This document shows positions 59,654-64,000 of a stretch of 64,000 nucleotides of DNA, piece after piece; the stretch's first letter is position 1; every line of letters begins with the position of its first letter. Below the pieces are notes generated by a model, which did no database searches, had not been told where the DNA came from, and saw only the letters and a list, made by a program, of their open reading frames with translations. Location: assembly GCA_963769425.1 (NCBI GenBank), contig CAVYLP010000005.1:1-64000 (forward strand), in the 5' to 3' direction. The stretch is from Candidatus Bathyarchaeota archaeon. GTDB taxonomy: Archaea; Thermoproteota; Bathyarchaeia; TCS64. The position numbers and the translations under genes were made by a program.

Positions 59654-60846
59654 GCGGCACAGAGTTCAGCATACCTATAGGCCCGCAGCACCCGGCTCTA
59701 AAGGAGCCGGCGAGCTTTCTCTTCAAAGTCGACGGCGAGGTCGTCGTCGACGTCGAGCCTCGTGTGGGGTACAACCACAGGGGCATCGAGAAGGCGATGG
59801 AGGCACGCACATACATACAGAACCTATACCTCACGGAGAGGGTCTGCGGCATCTGCAGCAACGCCCACCAGACGCTCTACGCGATAAACGTGGAGGACGT
59901 CGCGGACATAACCATCCCGCCGAGGGCGAAGTACCTGCGCACACTCGTACACGAGTTCGAGAGGATACACAGCCACCTCCTCTGGGTTGGAGTAGCCGCC
60001 CACGAGATCGGCTTCGACACCCTCTTCTATTACGTCTGGCGCGACCGCGAGATCATCCTCGACATCCTCGAGGAGATAAGCGGGAACAGGGTCAACTACG
60101 CTTGGAACGCCATAGGTGGAGTCCGCAGGGACATCCCCGCCGATAAGATTCCCAAGTTCCAGAAGATGCTCGACACCCTCGCGGAGCGCACAAAGTACTA
60201 CACGAAGGTCGCGACGACCGAGGCCACGATCGCAAACAGGGCGGCCGGCGTCGGCTACTGCAGCAAGTCTGACATGATCCGCCTCTGCGGTTGCGGCCCA
60301 CACGCACGCGCTAGCGGCGTCAACAAGGACACACGCCGAGACAACCCCTACCTCGCCTACGACGAGATCCCCGACTGGCACGTCATCACCGCCGAGAGCG
60401 GAGACGTCCTAGGGAACGTCGTGGTCCGCGTTGGCGAGCTCGTGGAGAGCGTCGGGATTGCCAAGTATGTACTCGACCACCTCCCGGACGGGCCGATCAG
60501 GGAGAAGTTCAACCCCCTGCAGAAGATCCCCGAGGGCGAGGCCACGAACATGGTCGAGGCTCAGCGCGGCGAGGACATCCACTACCTCTGTAGCAAGGGC
60601 GACAACAAGCCCTACAGGTACAAGATCAGGGCTCCGACACTCGCGAACATCCCGTCCCTCGCCGTTAAGCTCAAGGGAGGATACATAGCCGACATCCCAA
60701 TCGTCCTCGCGGGCATCGACCCGTGCTTCAGCTGCACGGACCGCATGGTCTTCGTCGACGAGCACAAGGAGAAGACCTGGGAGATGACGGACGAGGAGCT
60801 CAGGAGATACGGTATCAGGTGGTATGCTCATGGTCTCAATAAGTGA
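59650..60846 (+). CDS. Group 4 [NiFe]-hydrogenase large subunit
   Basis: GPQHP, intact RVCGIC and DPCFSCTDR nickel-binding motifs, and a C-terminal extension after TDR. Confidence 0.93.
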   Translation: MSGTEFSIPIGPQHPALKEPASFLFKVDGEVVVDVEPRVGYNHRGIEKAMEARTYIQNLYLTERVCGICSNAHQTLYAINVEDVADITIPPRAKYLRTLVHEFERIHSHLLWVGVAAHEIGFDTLFYYVWRDREIILDILEEISGNRVNYAWNAIGGVRRDIPADKIPKFQKMLDTLAERTKYYTKVATTEATIANRAAGVGYCSKSDMIRLCGCGPHARASGVNKDTRRDNPYLAYDEIPDWHVITAESGDVLGNVVVRVGELVESVGIAKYVLDHLPDGPIREKFNPLQKIPEGEATNMVEAQRGEDIHYLCSKGDNKPYRYKIRAPTLANIPSLAVKLKGGYIADIPIVLAGIDPCFSCTDRMVFVDEHKEKTWEMTDEELRRYGIRWYAHGLNK

Positions 60847-61840
60847 CGTATTCAGCATAGTCGTATTCCCGGGGGCGATCTTCATCGTATTCTACGCCCT
60901 CTACTGCAACTGGCTCAGCCGGAAGACCGTGGCGCGCCTCCAGAACAGGAGGGGCCCGATGCACACCGGCTACGCCGGGATGCTCCAGCCATTCGCGGAC
61001 ATAGTGAAACTCCTCGCTAAGGAGGACATCACACCGGGCGCAGCGAACAAGGCGTTGTTCTCAGCTGCCCCCGTCGCGATCTTCGCGCTCGCCCTCGCAG
61101 CCGTCTTCCTCATCCCAATCCAGTCTATCACGAGCCTCTACTCCTACACGCCGATCGCGAACTTCGAGGGGGACCTAGTAATCGTCCTCCTCATCTTCAG
61201 CCTCATAGTCCTAAGCGTATTCCTCGCGGGGTGGAGCAGCGCGAACATCTTCGGCGCCGTCGGCGCGACGAGGGTCGCGTTGATGACACTCGCCTACGAG
61301 ATACCCCTCGTTCTACTGACTCTCGGCCCCGCAATAATGGCAGGCAGCCTCAGCATCAACAACATAGTCGCCTGGGAGGTGGGAAGCGTCCAGAGCTTCC
61401 TCGCCGCGCCGACCCTCTGGGGTCTGCTGCTCGGCGTGGTGATGTTCATCGGCTTCGCCATCTGCATACTCAGCCTCCTCGCGGAGACGGAGATGCGCCC
61501 CTTCGACATGGCCGAGGCAGAGACAGAGATCGTCCACGGCTGGCAGGTGGAGTTCAGCGGCAAGAAGCTGGCCCTTCTAACCCTCGGTAGGGACGTGAAG
61601 ATCGTGCTAGCCTCCGCTCTGCTGACCTCACTCTTCCTGGGAGGACCAGCCGGTCCGATCCTACCCCCGATTATATGGTTCGTACTCAAAACCACCTTCT
61701 GCGTCCTCGTCCTGAGCAACCTCAGCGCGGTATTCGCTAGGTTCAGGATCGACGTGATGCTGAGGTGGGCCTGGCAGTATCTGGTGCCCCTCGCCGTCCT
61801 TCAGGTGATGGCGATCGTGGCGCTCAGCGGAGTGATATGA
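60824..61840 (+). CDS. NuoH/EchB-like membrane subunit
   Basis: RK..ARLQ.R.GP, QPFADIVKL..KE and PFD..EAETE motifs. Confidence 0.92.
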   Translation: MLMVSISDVFSIVVFPGAIFIVFYALYCNWLSRKTVARLQNRRGPMHTGYAGMLQPFADIVKLLAKEDITPGAANKALFSAAPVAIFALALAAVFLIPIQSITSLYSYTPIANFEGDLVIVLLIFSLIVLSVFLAGWSSANIFGAVGATRVALMTLAYEIPLVLLTLGPAIMAGSLSINNIVAWEVGSVQSFLAAPTLWGLLLGVVMFIGFAICILSLLAETEMRPFDMAEAETEIVHGWQVEFSGKKLALLTLGRDVKIVLASALLTSLFLGGPAGPILPPIIWFVLKTTFCVLVLSNLSAVFARFRIDVMLRWAWQYLVPLAVLQVMAIVALSGVI

Positions 61841-61841
61841 G

Positions 61842-62243
61842 ATGGCGATGGAAAGAGAGCTTCTGAAGAACGCGTTTAGCAAGCCGTGTACCCTCATCTA
61901 TCCCTTCGAAAAGAGGGAGATGCCGAAGGGTACCCGCGGCAAGCATGAGTACGACGAGGCTAAGTGCACCGGGTGCGGCATGTGCAGCCGGGTGTGCCCC
62001 AGCTTCGCCATCGAGCTCAAGGGTCTCGGCCCGAAGTGCGAGGGCCTGAGGGTAAACCTTGGGGCTTGCCTCTTCTGCCAGCAGTGCGAGGAGAGCTGCC
62101 CCACCAACGCCATCCGCTTAACCGTCGTTTACGAGCTCGCGGTTATAAACAAGGCGGACGAGATCCTTGACTTCAAGAGGACCCCTCGCCCACCAGCGGT
62201 CCCCACGGCTAAGCCCGCGGCACCCGTGGAGGTGAAGAAGTGA
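61842..62243 (+). CDS. NuoI/EchF-like 2[4Fe-4S] subunit
   Basis: CTGCGMCSRVCP and CLFCQQCEESCP. Confidence 0.92.
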   Translation: MAMERELLKNAFSKPCTLIYPFEKREMPKGTRGKHEYDEAKCTGCGMCSRVCPSFAIELKGLGPKCEGLRVNLGACLFCQQCEESCPTNAIRLTVVYELAVINKADEILDFKRTPRPPAVPTAKPAAPVEVKK

Positions 62244-62491
62244 TGGCGTCCGAGCTAGTCCAGTTCGGGATACTCGCGATGACCATCGCCTTCGCCCTCG
62301 GCGCGGCGGGTCTCAAGAACCTACTATACGCAGCGCTCAGTCTCGGCGCGATGTGCATCAGCCTCGGAGCCCTATATTGGGTGCTCTACGCACCCTACGT
62401 GGGCCTGTTCCAGATGCTCATCTACGGAGGCGCCGTTGTTGTGCTGTTCGTATCTGTGATAATGTTCGTAAAGGGTGAGGGCAATGAGTGA
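62240..62491 (+). CDS. NuoJ N-terminal-half-like subunit
   Basis: L.APYV...Q.LIY.GAV.VLF. Confidence 0.8.
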   Translation: MMASELVQFGILAMTIAFALGAAGLKNLLYAALSLGAMCISLGALYWVLYAPYVGLFQMLIYGGAVVVLFVSVIMFVKGEGNE

Positions 62492-62756
62492 GAACGGCGG
62501 AGCGGTCAAGGTAGCCGGAGTCGCCGTCGCGGCCCTCCTCTTCCTATCCTTCATTTACGTCGTGTCTAGCACACCCTTCCCCCACGCGTCGTATCGGAGC
62601 AGAGAGCTCCTCCCCACCGAGCCATCGGACAGGCTCGGGTCGGAGATGAGCGGCTTCCTCTGGAACTTCAGGGGGCTCGACCTATTGATGCAGACACTCA
62701 TCCTATTCGCCACGGCGATCAGCTGCCTGGCGCTCCTCAGGGAGGAGAAAAACTGA
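62484..62756 (+). CDS. NuoJ C-terminal-half/MrpB-like subunit
   Basis: LW.FRG.DL..Q..ILF motif. Confidence 0.7.
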   Translation: MSENGGAVKVAGVAVAALLFLSFIYVVSSTPFPHASYRSRELLPTEPSDRLGSEMSGFLWNFRGLDLLMQTLILFATAISCLALLREEKN

Positions 62757-63070
62757 TGGCAAACGACGTTATTTTCCTTGGAGCCATCTTCGCGATGGTG
62801 AGCATCGGCCTCTACTGCGTCACGCAGAAGAGCATGATTCGCATCCTACTCGGCGTCGAGATAATACTCAACGCCGGCAACTTCGCGTTCGTCTACTTCG
62901 CATCCTACAGGGTCGCCGAGGGCTTCGTCGACCCGCTCGGCCAGAGCCTCGCCTTCATGTCCATAATCCTGGGGGGAAGCGTGATCGCGGTCGGACTGGC
63001 CCTTATAGTCAACGCCTACAAGCAGTTCAAGACCACTGAGGTCGACAAGATGAGGAGGCTGAAGTGGTGA
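62756..63070 (+). CDS. NuoK/MrpC-like subunit
   Basis: IGLY, ILLGVEI.LNA and AVGLAL motifs. Confidence 0.88.
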   Translation: MANDVIFLGAIFAMVSIGLYCVTQKSMIRILLGVEIILNAGNFAFVYFASYRVAEGFVDPLGQSLAFMSIILGGSVIAVGLALIVNAYKQFKTTEVDKMRRLKW

Positions 63071-64000
63071 TGGGCCTAGAACTGCTCTTCATGTTCAGCC
63101 CCTTCGCAGTTGTGCTGTTCGGGCTGCTCGGCGAGAAGTTCAAGGTGGCGAAGCTCAGGGAGGTCGTCGCGATCATCCTGAGCGCCTTCACACTCGTGAG
63201 CGTCTGGCTCCTATACAATCTGCAGCAGGCTAGCCCCACGAAGATACTCGTGGTGACGCTCGGTGGCGCTCCACCGCTCGGCGCCTGCTTCGAGATCGAC
63301 ATGCTCAGCATCTACATGGCCTTCAGCGCAGCACTGCTCGGCCTCTTCGCGACCATCTACAGCTACAGCTACATGAAGCACGACACACGCCTCACCGAGT
63401 ACTACACACTCCTGTCAGCCCTCGTGACCGGCATCATCGGCGTCAGCTTCGCGGGCGACTTCTTCACGTTCTTCATCTTCTGGGAGCTAATGGGCATCGC
63501 GAGCTACGTGCTCGTCGCCTTCCGGAAGGAGAACTGGGGACCAGTCGAGGCGGGCTTCAAGTACATGGTGATGGGAGCCGTCGGCTCCACCATGCTGCTG
63601 CTGGGCATCAGCCTCATCTACGGCATGGCGGGGACGGTGAACTTCGCACAGATCAGCAATAGCCTCCACACCAGCGGCGCGAGCCTCTGGATGATGGTCG
63701 CTATGCTCGTCTTCGTCGTGGGCTTCGGCGTGAAGTCGGCCATCGTGCCACTCCACACCTGGCTCCCCGACGCGCACCCCGAGGCACCTAGCCCAATCAG
63801 CGCGATGCTGTCGGGCATACTCATCGAGACTGCCCTCTACGGGCTAACTAGAATACTCTACATCATCTACCCTGCGGCTGACTTCAGCCTGATGATCGCG
63901 GGCCTCGCCGTCGTAACGATGAGCTTCGCCAACATTGTGGCGGTGCTCCAGACGGACGTTAAGAGGATGCTCGCCTACAGCAGCATAAGCCAGATGGGCT
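63070..64000 (+). CDS. Antiporter-like subunit (NuoN/M, MrpD family), truncated by the window end
   Basis: Manual translation: FFIFWELM, EAGFKY, KSAIVPLHTWLPDAHPEAPSPISAMLSG and KRMLAYSSISQMG. Confidence 0.9.
   Translation, partial: MGLELLFMFSPFAVVLFGLLGEKFKVAKLREVVAIILSAFTLVSVWLLYNLQQASPTKILVVTLGGAPPLGACFEIDMLSIYMAFSAALLGLFATIYSYSYMKHDTRLTEYYTLLSALVTGIIGVSFAGDFFTFFIFWELMGIASYVLVAFRKENWGPVEAGFKYMVMGAVGSTMLLLGISLIYGMAGTVNFAQISNSLHTSGASLWMMVAMLVFVVGFGVKSAIVPLHTWLPDAHPEAPSPISAMLSGILIETALYGLTRILYIIYPAADFSLMIAGLAVVTMSFANIVAVLQTDVKRMLAYSSISQMG

Noticed and set aside
14215-63824. Numerous antisense and overlapping ORFs in the track (e.g. 21829-22470, 29688-30413, 33347-33988, 44836-45408, 59824-60381)
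   Set aside because: They are shadow ORFs of GC-rich genes, with no motifs and biased composition.

Overview
This is an archaeal chromosomal segment. Gene content and GGTGA/GAGGTG ribosome-binding sites fit Bathyarchaeia, but that assignment is inference. Left to right: (1) a 1.19-kb element with IS6-like inverted termini and no intact transposase, carrying an acylphosphatase-coiled-coil gene and truncating a second, unannotated acylphosphatase gene; (2) a flippase, an MFS transporter, a DUF420-like protein and cofE; (3) a divergent locus with a TAT-exported gluconate-2-dehydrogenase-type GMC flavoprotein and gamma subunit on one side, and a blue copper protein plus two membrane proteins built from four His/Met-bearing 4-TM repeats on the other (no cytochrome c; heavily frameshifted); (4) a candidate ~150-nt G-U-rich rod-shaped ncRNA; (5) HtrA, a P-type ATPase, MscL and a pncB remnant; (6) lplA-pdhABC with no E3, converging on a rubredoxin-FTR-thioredoxin ORF; (7) assorted hydrolases and regulators; (8) a surface-glycan locus (sulfoquinovose, nonulosonic acid, aminosugar and acyl-decoration genes); (9) a CdvA-like protein, ThiF/MoeB, HycI and the start of a complex-I-ordered group 4 [NiFe]-hydrogenase operon. 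Many single-base frameshifts look like long-read consensus errors. I found no tRNA, rRNA or CRISPR array.
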